Below, piece after piece: positions 1 through 12,440 of a stretch of 64,000 nucleotides of DNA. Position 1 is the first letter of the stretch, and every line of letters begins with the position of its first letter. Source of the DNA: Lingula anatina (Eukaryota; Animalia; Brachiopoda); assembly GCA_051362555.1 (NCBI GenBank), contig CM120642.1, positions 3,658,001 through 3,722,000 of the forward strand, given 5' to 3'. Position numbers and translations under genes: made by a program. Below the pieces are notes generated by a model that had not been told where the DNA came from, ran no database searches, and worked only from the letters and a program-made list of their open reading frames with translations.

Positions 1-1719
1 TAGTCGATGCAGTAAAGCGGACGCGCATCCATTCGTGACACAAGTGGCCTATACAGGATACGACATTCACAGTTGAAAAACGCCCAAAATAACTCATTGT
101 ATAATACGCGCTGGAATATATGGGTAACTGCCAATGTGGTGTATAAAATTCCTTACTCGCATTTTAAATTATACAATTATCGACATTGGTTGAGGATGAT
201 ATGTTGTTTTGCTCCTCGGTCGATATCACTTTTACGAGATCAGCAAAATAAACAAATTGACCTCAACCAAAGTCGAAAATTGTATTATGTATGACTTTAT
301 CGTATTTTATGCCAACTATATAATACTATAAAATACATGTACTCATATGGTGTTTGACCTTGGACTAATCATTTAAATGAAAGTTGGTGGTAAGCCCAAA
401 ACTAAATTTTTCCCAAATAAAATCAGACTGTAAAAGGTGGAAAATTAAGTAAAAGTTTTTGTGGGTGTTGGTCCATAAAAGAAGAATCCCGGCGCTAAGA
501 TAATTACAGCTGTAAGCCTTGCCATTAAGTCATTTTATATTTTTAAACCGGATCTGAGAATAAAAGTGTTTTAATAAGGATATAAAGAGGGGGCAAAAGA
601 ACGTGTTGCTCTCCTTCTGTTGAATAATATGAAAAAGGGCTACTATCGATTCACCTATCACCGGCGACGTCTAACCCTAAAAACATATAGTTTTAGAATC
701 CGCTGAAGCGCATTTAAATTTGATTTTATTTAGAGTTGACAAAGAATTGAGCTTTATCAGCTATTTGCCGATTCCGACCAAATCGCATGCTGCGATTTCT
801 TTTTCTTTTCTTTAGAAAAATTCACTTCCGCCAAGTTTTCCTTTTATTTCGCTAATGGAGTGGTGCGATTTGGAGTTATATTCTAAATAGCCCACCGTTT
901 ACACCATTTTAATTTGCTTTCGTGTCGGCAATTGTGCAGATTCTTTACATTGATAACCAGTAATGATAATGTAGATGATGCACAGTCACTGGCTATCATA
1001 AATCTCGCAGCCAGCTTGGTCCCAAAGCTAGATGATGGGAATGCTATAATGTAAATAACTGATACATATCTCCATCTTTTCTTGACGTCACTACATCCGG
1101 GTAATTTCAGTGATAAAAAGAGATCATGACAATGATTTACGATGATTCATTTTACTCAAGCTTTCTTTCCTGTAGAAAGGAAATGTTCAATTAAGAAAAG
1201 AACACCAAATATCTGTGAAAGGTGAGATGCGGAAAAGGGCCATGATACTTCAGAAAAATACGCATAAAGGAAAGTGTCTTCTTAAAATTAGAAAGGACCC
1301 AACACGGGGACTATAATGGTGTCGTTTTCACACCATCTCACACACAGTTTTCACCGTAAATACATTTTCAAAACAACAACTAATATGAGATGTTTTGGGA
1401 AAAAGTAACGTGTTACTCTACTGACTCCACCCCTCCACCTTCCTGTCATCTTCCTCATTGCTTTTTTACGAGGCACAGATAAGCTGTGACAAATATTTCC
1501 TGGGCGAATGGTATGACCATATAAAATTTGACCATTGTATTATTTAAGTTTTGTAAATGGCTCTTGAACAATTAATTTGTCTTTTATGCTCTGGAAAGTG
1601 CACCCACTTTAGAGCACAATGAAATTACTTAAACACCACAGTATAGAATTCTATTAAGTAGTTAAGTGTGTAATTAGATACTGGAATAACGTCAGACCAG
1701 AGTTTTGTCCGTTTCTCAG

Positions 1720-1805
1720 GTATTCGTCACTCCAGAGGATTGCGCTTCCGTAAAAAAAGGACTCAAACCCATTTTTGGCGATGAGAGAGTTGAGCGCGTA
1801 CGGAG
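1720..1805 (+). CDS. MGST1: MGST1/PTGES-like (MAPEG) middle coding exon, variant 2a (VFVTPEDCASVKKGLKPIFGDERVERVRR)
   Basis: Flanked by tttctcag| and |gtgagg; 86 nt, phase 0 in, phase 2 out; PEDC and ERVRR motifs match the mammalian MGST1 segment VFANPEDC...DRVERVRR. Missed by the ORF track. Confidence 0.85.
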
Positions 1806-1907
1806 GTGAGGGTATTTAATTTGGTGTCATCATGGTAATTTGACCACTTTGGTTTGGACCTTCAGGGGCAACTGTGGTCACGTAACAAACCTCATTTCAA
1901 ATATGTG

Positions 1908-1951
<44 letters not shown>

Positions 1952-2642
1952 AGCGGCAAATAGATGCTGCCTAGCGTTTTATAGGTTACAAAAAAAAAAA
2001 AAAAAAAAAAAAAACGACAAATGACGTACATACAATATCAAGATCATTGCCCTAACAAGGATGGGCCGACGGTAATTTGAGTGATGAGGCGCGAATATTT
2101 CTGGTAGGTTTTCGTAGACGCGAACGGAATTTTTGATACAAAGGTATGAATTCGAAAACGACAATCGTGGGAAAAAAATCTTCTGAAGTGCCTTGTTATT
2201 TAGGCCTTCACAATGTACTGTTGTGTATTTATTTCTAATTCCAAAGAAAATGTTTGTATTATTAAATTGTTACAACCAACACAGCGGAGGAGGCCAGCTA
2301 AGTAATGACGTCAACTATGTGTAAAATTCGCGTTGGGAAGCGCAGAAAACTGCAAATTATTAGCCCGGGAAAAGCTGATAATAAATAGTGAAAAAACAAT
2401 CTGTGGTCTTGGCAGAAGTTGTCCTTCATGTACTACAAGTATCTTTTGAAACTAACTTGAGCCTAACCTAATTAGCCTAATTGATACCTTTCGGGTTTTT
2501 TCAGGGTGTCTAGGAGACAAACAAACAAAGTTCATATCCCTATAATTCACGTTTTGATATTTTTTGACTGTTTTGGTTAGCTTGCGTATGAACTTGTTTG
2601 CATTTTATTTTACTCACAAACTGGACCACTTTGGTATTTAAG

Positions 2643-2731
2643 GTGTATGCAAACCCAGAAGACTTGAAATTATCAGAGAAAAAGGATTTGAAAACAAACC
2701 TAAATGACCCGGATGTCGAACGTGTCAGAAG
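2643..2731 (+). CDS. MGST1: MGST1/PTGES-like middle coding exon, variant 2b (VYANPEDLKLSEKKDLKTNLNDPDVERVRR)
   Basis: Flanked by tatttaag| and |gtatga; 89 nt, same phases as 2a; ANPED and DPDVERVRR are MAPEG signature motifs. Confidence 0.88.
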
Positions 2732-3876
2732 GTATGAGGTCAAGAGCGAGGATAACTTTGACTGTTATTGCTCAATTTTTTTACGTTTTAGTTCTTTTGG
2801 TAAATTGGCCCTTTCATCTGCGGCTTGTTGATAACCACATGCCTTTTTGCAGCCACTAATATGCATGGGGCTTTATGCATTGTATTTTTTCTACTAACAT
2901 CACCAAGGGCGTTACTAGGCATTCGCACGGATGCACGGTGCGTTCATTTTTTGGCCAACAATTTTATTCCCTCTAAATTTAGCATATTTTACACGGATCT
3001 AGATTAAGTGTATTTTACATCGCGAATCGCCTTCGATTGTTTGTTCAAGTAACCTTTATGTACAAATCCATTATATACACCCGTCTACTAGATGCTTTTA
3101 AAACTAAATGCATGTAGCATTGCAAAATGAACATAACTGTGACAGAACAGATGCTACGCTTACGTTATACATGTATGTCAAAATTCACCTAACACAAAAA
3201 TTGCATGTCTGCAATATATTGCATCCCAGTTAGTAAAATCGACTAACACGCTTCTCAACTAACACAACGTACAATCCGTGCAAGCCCAAGTGTCCGATCT
3301 CGAGGTGGCAGTACTCCATTACGACTAGTGATCGATATTGGTTTAAATGTAAGTAGATTTTATGTTATGAGGCTGTACGTAAATCAGTATTTTTCAAATA
3401 TTTTCTATGTAGTAAAAAAAGCTCATCCCTGTCACACATTCATACTGTAGGCCCACACTCACATACTCACATACACACACACACACACACAAAACAAAAA
3501 CATTTAAGAGTTTTAAATTAAAGTAACACCAATACTTGAGATTAATAAATTTTTTCTCGCCTTTTTTATATTAGTGTAGGCCTACAATCCCCCGCTTTAT
3601 CAATAAGTGTACAATTCCAAGAAATATGTCTTTTGTGTTAGTAGGCTACAAATTAGTAGGTTCTGGTAGTAGACCTAGATAATGGAAATTTTTACCCTGA
3701 AACTGACAATAGATTTACAGTCCCGCAGAAACAATAGGAGGAAAAGGAAATTGTTTTGGGATGGAGGTATAGTGGCATTCTAATATAGAAAGTACGATGT
3801 TGTAAGAGGGGTGAATGGAAATAACAAATACAGTATCTGTTACATTGTCAATTATATGTTATATATTTTACTCCAG

Positions 3877-4117
3877 AAACCATCTCAATGACATCGAGAA
3901 CATCATTCCATTCGTATTGGCCGGAGTCCTCTACGTGCTGATCAAGCCAAACCCCTGGGTAGCACTGATGCATTTCCGTACATTCGCCTTTGCCCGATTT
4001 GCCCATACAGTCGTGTATCAATTCGCCGTCCCGCCTCCGTCACGCTCATTGTGTTTTCTGATTGGTTACTTCACAACTATCTCCATGGCTATACAAGTTG
4101 TTATGGCGACGTTTTAA
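3877..4117 (+). CDS. MGST1: MGST1/PTGES-like terminal coding exon, variant 3a
   Basis: Acceptor ttactccag|, 241 nt to TAA; encodes (R)NHLNDIENIIPF...ARFAHTVVY...PPPSRSLCF; AATAAA at ~4580. Confidence 0.92.
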
Positions 4118-6652
4118 ATCACTTGGGAGTGACCAAAGACAAGTTTTTTTCTTTTTGAAAGAAAGAGCAGTGTCCGATTAATGAGTTATCTTTGGAGATG
4201 AAGCGTTTTGAAAAAAAGGATGGCAAAGCAGTTTGAAGGACATGGCACCTCATTTCTGAGTAATATTTTTTTTATTGTTTTTCAAGTGTAGCTATTAACT
4301 AAAGATATTTCAGAAAAAAAAACATATAGGCTACTGGACTAGTATATCCAGATGTTTCACTTTTGATCCATATGTTTAGAAGTAAAAGAAAAAAATCAGT
4401 ATCTTTTATAAACAGATGAAGTTTGTTCGATGATGTAGTATGCATTGCCTATAAAATACTTCACAAAAATACTGCACAACTTTCTTGTCTGAAAGATAAC
4501 CATTTTAGTGTGAATAATTGTAGTTTCTGCTACAGAAAATATAAACTGTAAATGTTTGTTACTATGACTGACAAGAAAAAATAAAGCTCAGATGCAAAGA
4601 TTGATTTATTCATTAAATATTCGACTTTTATCAACTTTATTTACTGCAAGGACACGGCAATCATTTTTCATTGACTTCAGCGCCCTCTAGCACTGATTAC
4701 TGGAAGATTACCTTGAATGAACCCATATAATTTGAATATTTGTGATGTTAAAAGCAAAGAAAGGTTGTCGGGGACAATGGCAAACGATGACAGAATCTTG
4801 AAAAACAGCTTCAGCTGAGTTATTACTATTCCAATATTACAGCTGTTGCATTCATGTGACACAATTAATAAAACAATTTGCTGGACACAAAAGAAGTACT
4901 CGAGCTGTCTGCGTCTAGCTAGACATAAGAATCGATTCCATTTGTGACTGTTCCTACTTTCAAGGGGCTTTGTTACAATTTGTCTCGGATCCGTATGTTC
5001 TAATAAATTTCTGAAATTAAAAATTAATATTCTTTCAATTTGAACTCGATCAGAGGTATAAATAGTCTACATGATGATTTCGCCAAAAGTAATAACATTT
5101 TTTATCTTGTAAATAAAGAACCATGCGTTATAGGAATATTCACACTTTATTTATCGTTACCTCTTTTTGTTACTTTCTCTTCGAGAGCACTTACTCTGCT
5201 TCTGACTTTCACAGATATTATTATGTTCAGTCAGCATAGCGTGTAAAACCTCTTGCTCCACTAACAAGCGCATTGTGTATCGACGGTCGCGTGCTTACTT
5301 CTGAGTGAACATTCCCAAATGAACTTTCGACCTGGAACGTGGTCGGTTTAATTTTCGATTTCACGTATGAACTGTCACTCAAAGTGAAATGAATCTGGCA
5401 ATCAGCTATTATCTGTAAATGTCAGAAATCCCTACAGGAACTATATAAGTATATTACATGTGCATGATAATGGTTCATGTGGTGCTCAACGTGACACACT
5501 GAATCTGAAATACTGAGTGTCTCGAAAGAGGGATTTTTTAAAGCGTGATAAGTCTCTCAATGTATTTCCTGAATGTGGTAAACAAAAGGAAATGAATGCT
5601 AGAATGGATAAACACTTAATACCCATTAGGATATAACGTCTCAGCACAGGTCTCCCCCCCCCCCCCAGAAAAAAATCATAGTGTTAACTAGATGAGTTAA
5701 AATCTACTCTAGGGTTCTAGATAAGGCTACTGCACCCATCCACAATTTGGCTGGAAGGCTAATAAAGTTTTGTCCCCGATATTTAATTTCATCTCCATTG
5801 TTCGGCAAGACTGCGAATTAATCTTAATCAACAAACGTTTTTGTGTGCACGGCAAGCACGTTTAAAAGTATCCTATCTGTCTTCTTATCAGAGATCAGTG
5901 CTCGACCCATTCCTCCACTCAGATTTATGTTTTATTACATTATTAATTGGATGAATTTCTGTACATTTAAGAAAGGAAATATCGACGGCGGTTACTTTTA
6001 TCTGATGGGATTTATTGATTTTAAAATCTAAAATTGGAAAAGTTAAGCAGCTTTGCGGATTATCTAGACAAAGAAACTGAAATATTTATTTGGGACATTT
6101 TAAACGCATATAGTACACATATTTAATGTTCTTTAGTTACAAAATTCTGTGGAAGCATGATTTGTGCGCGCGTTGTATACGCTCTCGCGTGCTTGCGGTT
6201 GAGTGCACATTATACGTGCGCGTATTCTCCCATGAAAGCGCGCGTGCGTGTAATAAAGAGCTTAATCAATATATAAGAAGTAACACATTCTGCTTTTTAA
6301 CGTCTGTTATGCGGATATAAACTTAGAGCGAAAATCAAGTCTACTCAATACCAACTAATAGAGAGAACTGAGTTATGCAAGGTATGTCTCCAATTACCTT
6401 TATGCTATGTCAGAAGCTATTGTTTTTACATGTTAAGCTACAAATGCTTAGTTTTGCAGTGTGTTAGCTTATAGAGGCTTATGACTAACTAGTGTCGTAA
6501 TTATTATCTAAATACGCATATCGAAATGCGCTCTTTATTTTACTTTCTTTCATTTAAGGTATTAGTACAATTTTTCTTTTCAATTTTGTTAACAATGATA
6601 AATTGTAAACAATCATTTACTAAGTTGATCTTAATTCTCCTTTTTTTTGTAG

Positions 6653-6893
6653 AAATCACTTGAATGACATCGAGAACATCGTCCCATTCGTCCTGCTGGG
6701 TGTCCTTTACGTGTTGATCGAACCGACTGCATGGGTGGCCCTGTTGCACTTTCGTGTATTCGCATGCGCTCGGTTCCTGCACACCGTTGCTTACCAGTTT
6801 GCCTTGCCGCAGCCAACGCGTTTCTTGGCTTGTATTATAGGCTGGGTCTGCACGGCGTCGATGGGAATGCAAGTTTTAAAGGCCACAGTGTAA
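6653..6893 (+). CDS. MGST1: MGST1/PTGES-like terminal coding exon, variant 3b
   Basis: Acceptor ttttgtag|, 241 nt to TAA; encodes NHLNDIENIVPF...ARFLHTVAY...PQPTRFLAC. Confidence 0.92.
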
Positions 6894-7141
6894 TACGCTG
6901 GAATTGTACCGTGTATGTGCCCTGACAGACACCCAGCTCTTGTCTACTGAACAGAATCATATTGCAATTATCTTTGTTTAACTGCACTGGTAGAGACTGC
7001 TAGTAGTAATTACACTTCACAGTAGCCTACGGTTGACAATGTTTTTTCTTAGCATAAGGAAATATATAAATGATTTTAATTGAGCAATTTGCAAGTAAGA
7101 AAACGCATGCTACTCCAGAAATGAGACATTAAAAATATTAA

Positions 7142-7410
7142 ATTTTATACTGCGGATCCAGAGATGTATTTGTGGGTTCACTTCGTATCCATTTAGTCTT
7201 AATATAACGTTTATTAACAGCGTATTGAGTCGTGGTATCTAAGGACCATAGAATGCATTAGACAACTAGAATCTTAGATTTTATTCTGCAGATCCAGAGA
7301 AACATATGCACATGTGTGACTGCACTTCGTAGCCATTTAGTCTTGTAATAACGTTATAAACAGCATATCGAGTCGTTGTTTCCAAGGAACATAGAGTGAC
7401 ATTAGAGAAC
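7142..7410. repeat. Two diverged tandem copies of a ~130-bp unit downstream of exon 3b
   Basis: 7142-7266 and ~7278-7410 share gatccagaga...cacttcgta.ccatttagtctt...ataacgtt...gagtcgt...aagga.cataga. Confidence 0.7.
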
Positions 7411-8747
7411 AATGGCTACTATTTCAAAGACAAGACCAGTTCTGTAGGGTGTTATGTTTCTGGGGGGGGGGGGGGGGGGGTCTTTTGGACGGGAAATTGA
7501 ACCTATATTTTGCACCACTTCGCATTTTAACTAATTACAAGAGGATTAAATGCTTTCATATTTACAGAAAAAGATCCCTCTTTTACATCCTGGCTAATGG
7601 CCCGCAAAGCTCTTTTATTATATTGACTGTAAACTATTTTGATACATTTCATGCGCGCACACCAAGTGGGACGTATTAAACATTGCTCTGCTTTTTGATA
7701 ATGAAACATTTGTACACTTCGACCTTTGTAAGGGTCTATTTGGATGGAAACATATCTAGTTTAAGAGGTCGAAATAAGTCTCAGTTTCATTAGAAGCATA
7801 CGTTGTTTATTTGCTCAAAGTGTAATACATAAGATATTATCGGTAGTTACCGAATTTCGTCGACTTAATTGATTTAAGATAATTTGCTAAACGTGCCGCT
7901 GTTGCGTGAAAGGAAATTGGATTGTGGTTGGATTACTTTGGTATTTAGGGTTTAGTGTGTGTTCAGTTTTCTGTGTGTGTGTTCGTGCCTTAGGGGGGTG
8001 GGGGCGAACTTATTTTTGTAGCACTTCTCTCAATACTGTATGTATACCTGTAAAAAGCATTTTATAGTGAATTTTCGAGTTTTTTCATTTGAATTATTTT
8101 AATATGCACCGTGTTTTTGAATTGTAACTGCTATATTTTTAACAATAAATGGCTAAGTAATAAATTCCTAAATTGTTAGTATTCGCTGCCATATTTTCAG
8201 ATATTACACCCGATACCCTGTCTGTCAGCTTGAAAAGATGTCACGAAAAAGATATCGAAACAAAGTTGGCCTCTCCTTTTATTGATTTTTCACTTTGCAA
8301 CTTTATGGATTTCTTTCTTAAGAAGAAAAAAGAAAAGAAGAAAGTAATGGACTGATTTGTTTTTGATATACCACTGGCTCATCAATTGAACAATTTACTT
8401 CCATCATCCTGTTCCATCAAATAAAGCAATCTCCACAGTTTATCTTTTGTCATTAAATTCCGTTAGGCTATCACGTCTACTCAAGTTTAAGATCCCTTTT
8501 ATAGAAAAATGCTTTGCGCTGTAATTTTGCAACTGAGGGCAGTTTATCAAGCCTAATTTAAGGCTTTCAATATATTTAGATTTGATGGAGACGCAATTTT
8601 CTTACTGCTCAATGTTTTCTCGCTAGCTGTCCACGTACCCGTCTGTCTGGCAATCCGTCCATCTGTATGTCTGTTTATTTGTCTTAACACTTAGATGCAT
8701 GGATCTTTATACAATGTAATCTTGTGCACGTGTTAGTGGTGGGGGAT

Positions 8748-8789
<42 letters not shown>

Positions 8790-9081
8790 AGCCAGAGAGC
8801 AAAACCAGACAAACAAAGGTTTGATTGAATTGTAGATTCTTTATCACCAAGAGCGTGCTCAAGATCAAAAACAAAAGCATTGTGATTTGATATATCAATA
8901 GCGATTTCTTCACTGCAAAAAAGGTACCCCATCCCTTCCAGGTGAGCTCATGGAAATAAACATTGAACAAGAAGACTTTAGGATGACATCGGGCCTAAAT
9001 TTATTTAGGGTTCAACCTGGATGGATAATATAAATACTGTTAAGTCACTTTTATAATCAATCGTGTCCTCTTTATTTCCAG

Positions 9082-9322
9082 AAATCACCTGAATGACATC
9101 GAGAACATCATCCCGTTTGTCCTGTTGGGAACGTTCTACGTCCTGATCAAGCCAAACCCTTGGGTGGCACTTATGCACTTCCGGGCATTCGCAGGCGCAA
9201 GGATCTTCCACACCATAGCGTACCAACTCGCACTGCCCCAGCCTTCTCGCGCGTTAGGGTTTCTCGTCGGCTACGGAATCTGCATGTCGATGGCAGGACA
9301 AGTGCTGATGGCTACTTTTTAA
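9082..9322 (+). CDS. MGST1: MGST1/PTGES-like terminal coding exon, variant 3c
   Basis: Acceptor tttatttccag|, 241 nt to TAA; encodes NHLNDIENIIPF...ARIFHTIAY...PQPSRALGF; AATAAA at ~9590. Confidence 0.92.
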
Positions 9323-10383
9323 AACGAGGAAATCCCTGAATACTCTTTAGTAGAGAATAGAAGCTATATGTCTTTTAAAGCTTACTGGTATTGCGTTAAT
9401 GAACATTAACTCTTCACTTTCTACACAGACAATATCCCAGAATATTAATTTGAATTTAGTATTATAACAAACCCATCACTTTTTTTAATTTGCCATTTTT
9501 GAGAGAAACTTGGGTAAATTGTAAGACTCTCCTTGGTCTGCTTTTTTATGATGTAGTTTAGAATGATTTGATATTGGAAAAGCAACATAAATAAAAAAAA
9601 TATTTATGGTTTACACAATCATACGCAAAATAAACGATTTTTGACGTTTTAAGGGGTTTTTAGCTTTTTTTTCTCAAAATGAATAGCCATGTTGTAAGGC
9701 AAAGGGTACGGGTTTTTTTTGGATCAAAGAAACAAAATAAATATCACACCCGAATCTACTGGTGGCAAAGTCTCAATTTCAGCCAAAATCCAATTTGAAA
9801 TTTAGATGAAAACCGAGGCATTGCAATAATTGGATTCTGGTCGGAAATTAACATTACCACACAGGGCCACAGACGATTCTAATGCAATCAAACCTAATTC
9901 AATTTAACTTTCAATTGAATATTTTATGTTGTCTTTGTGATACTGGGGCATTTGGAAGGGGGGTCCTACACAAATTACGTGCCAGTGTCACTAAAAAGCA
10001 TATGTCTTTAGTTAGTCTCAATTTTAAGAATTGGCCAAATTTTGAACAGTCGAAACAACTTTGGAGGAAAAACGAATTTTTGCATTTTGTGAAATGGTTC
10101 GGATGCTTACTTTCAATAAGGAAAAAAAAACAAATGTTGACAACTTGGTATTTGCTTTGACTCTTGAGATAGGTAGTATCGTCTTTTGCCGTTATCTCTT
10201 CCCGGAAAACAAGAACAAACATAAAACCTCGGAACACAATAAAATCGTCCTGTGTATAGATAATATTGGTTCTCATATTTCACCATTCAGCTTGTTAAAT
10301 TCAAGAGTGCATTTTAACTTACGGAAATAGAACAATACTTATACAATTTATCTAAACCAATGATCGGCTTGAATAATTTGCTT

Positions 10384-10637
10384 CCAAGATGGTAAGATGA
10401 CATTAGCCCAGCGTTGCCACGGTTTGGTATTTGGCTGGCATTGGTTTTCCAATGAAGGGCCTACTTTATGGAAACGTCATCTTTTTGATACGATGGCAAG
10501 TCAACGTTGCCAAAAGGTTGGCCTCAGAAATAAACTAGGCATGATGTTCGATCAATGACTATAATTTGGTAAATAATCATTTAGTTTGACTTACCGACGT
10601 TGGGCCAACTTGGGCTTATGTCGCCTTTCTCTCTGGG
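10384..10637. mobile_element. Degenerate palindromic MITE-like element (CCCAG-type end)
   Basis: Left gacattagcccagcgttgcc resembles the reverse complement of the right end (gacataagcccaagttggcc); internal cgttg/caacg motifs repeat. Confidence 0.4.
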
Positions 10638-11360
10638 CTTACAATAACGACAACAATATATAAAATGTAACATTTAACACACAATAGTTGCCAATGCATA
10701 TGGTGGCAATATATCTTATTTACAATTGTGACATATTTTGATAAGACACAAGCTAGTATTTAATCGTTTAAAATAAGTGAGTGCAATAATGCCAATATGC
10801 CAATCATATAGCTGGAAAAATAACATCTGACACAAGCATAAATATATCATACAGTGTATAACAGCAATGGCCCACAGATACCTAAGACTTACTGATTTAA
10901 TTGACTGTTTGATACACGTATCTATAACACAGAATGAATCTTGATTTTTTCTGGCGTTGATAAACACGTTCAGTTAAGTTGTTGACATCTTCTCTGGCTT
11001 CAAATAAGACCGTAGTTTGAATACATAACACTGACTATAACGAATCAGAAAATAAACATCAGCTATATGTGTGTAATTATCAGTCTCGCACTCGCACCCA
11101 TTTTGAACAGTATAGAGTCATGGGGTCGAAGGACCTGTGGCGTCAAAAGCGATTTTTTTAACAATCAAATAGGAATTTATCCCCAGAGTTGTCTTAATCA
11201 GACGACAAGTTTGTCGGATGACAAAGATGCTGCAAATTTTAATGTTTAGCTTGGAGTGCCATAGCGTTAAGGCATTAAATTATTATAACCGAACAGACAA
11301 TATTTATAGACAATATTTATTGTATATTTATTGTATAATGACGTTTGAGATCTACCACGT

Positions 11361-12440
11361 CTAAACAGGAGTGGTTGCTGTCACTGGCGTCTGTCGGGCT
11401 TGCGCCATATGCTCAGCGAGGGGAATGAACAAATTACCTGGTCGTGGACGGGGACGTTTGCCCATCAGCCGAAAAAACCCTTTCCTCACATCTGGCATTC
11501 GAACCCCGTAAATAATCGGGTCCGCCAGCGTTATCACCAGTATCAGACAAATTGCCGTATGGACAAGAACATTCTTGCACTGGACATCGCAGTTGGTCAT
11601 TTTAACCAATTTGACCATAGCCACCGCGACGACCCATGGTCCCCAACTGACCAGTAACGTGGCATAAAGCATGACGAAAGTGACCGCTGATTTAAATTCC
11701 CTTTTGGAATTAACGCGGGTGCCTACGTAACGGTGCCTTTTTATCTCAATAAATATCTTTACATACAGACACAGTGAAGCTACCAAAATGGCTGCACAAA
11801 TTCCACCGTTGATATATATCAAAGCTTTGGGAAAGCCAAAGTCACAAAATATTCCAGAGCCAAGATATGCCATGCTAATGAGAAGGGCGACCAGCCCTTT
11901 ACCAATTGTCACCCCCCAAATACAGGCAACTATAACGCACGCCCTCTCCCTTGTTATAGACAACGAATACCTCAAAGGCGCACATACGGCTACAAACATA
12001 TCCAACGCCAAAGCCAGAACTGTAAACCCAGAAATCTCAAAGAATGTCAAGAAAAACGTGTTGATTAGACTATCACACAGTTGTAAACCAAGATTATGTA
12101 AAATATCAATGATCAACACGAAGATCAAATTCGCAAGATCAGTCAAAGCTAGGTTCACGATAAGAATCAATTTTGGTTTGAAAGGCCTTGGAACACAGGC
12201 CAACGCAGTCAGAGAGACGCCATTTGCAATCAGACCAATTCCACAAAACACGTAAAATAGGACCGCCAGACCTATAAATAGGGAATGATTTTCATCAGTC
12301 TGCCAGTCTCCGTCACCACTAGAGTTATCAAAAGCGCTGTTATTATCTTTGTTGCGTTGCCATAACGCAAAAGTGAGAATATCGTCTTCTGTCACCAAAG
12401 CTAGACTTGTAGCGTTACCATTTGAATACAAGGGCGTCAT
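11361..12440 (-). CDS. Intronless rhodopsin-like (class A) GPCR, ~359 aa from the ATG at 12440
   Basis: Seven hydrophobic segments; TM1 AN, TM2 NLALTD, TM3 LALDMFVAVCAPLRY, TM4 W, TM6 SWGP, TM7 DPIIY; N-terminal NAT/NNS/NSS/NHS sequons. The ORF-track start at 12530 is a TTG. Confidence 0.9.
   Translation of the reverse strand: MTPLYSNGNATSLALVTEDDILTFALWQRNKDNNSAFDNSSGDGDWQTDENHSLFIGLAVLFYVFCGIGLIANGVSLTALACVPRPFKPKLILIVNLALTDLANLIFVLIIDILHNLGLQLCDSLINTFFLTFFEISGFTVLALALDMFVAVCAPLRYSLSITRERACVIVACIWGVTIGKGLVALLISMAYLGSGIFCDFGFPKALIYINGGICAAILVASLCLYVKIFIEIKRHRYVGTRVNSKREFKSAVTFVMLYATLLVSWGPWVVAVAMVKLVKMTNCDVQCKNVLVHTAICLILVITLADPIIYGVRMPDVRKGFFRLMGKRPRPRPGNLFIPLAEHMAQARQTPVTATTPV

Noticed and set aside
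1176-1221. Possible small exon (tgtag|AAAGG...GAAAG|gtgaga) upstream of MGST exon 2a
   Set aside because: 46 nt, not frame-preserving, no MAPEG similarity; unsupported without transcripts.
3877-9322. Three separate tandem MGST1 genes
   Set aside because: No first or middle exons were found between the terminal exons by eye, so alternative last exons fit better; a tBLASTn check is still needed.
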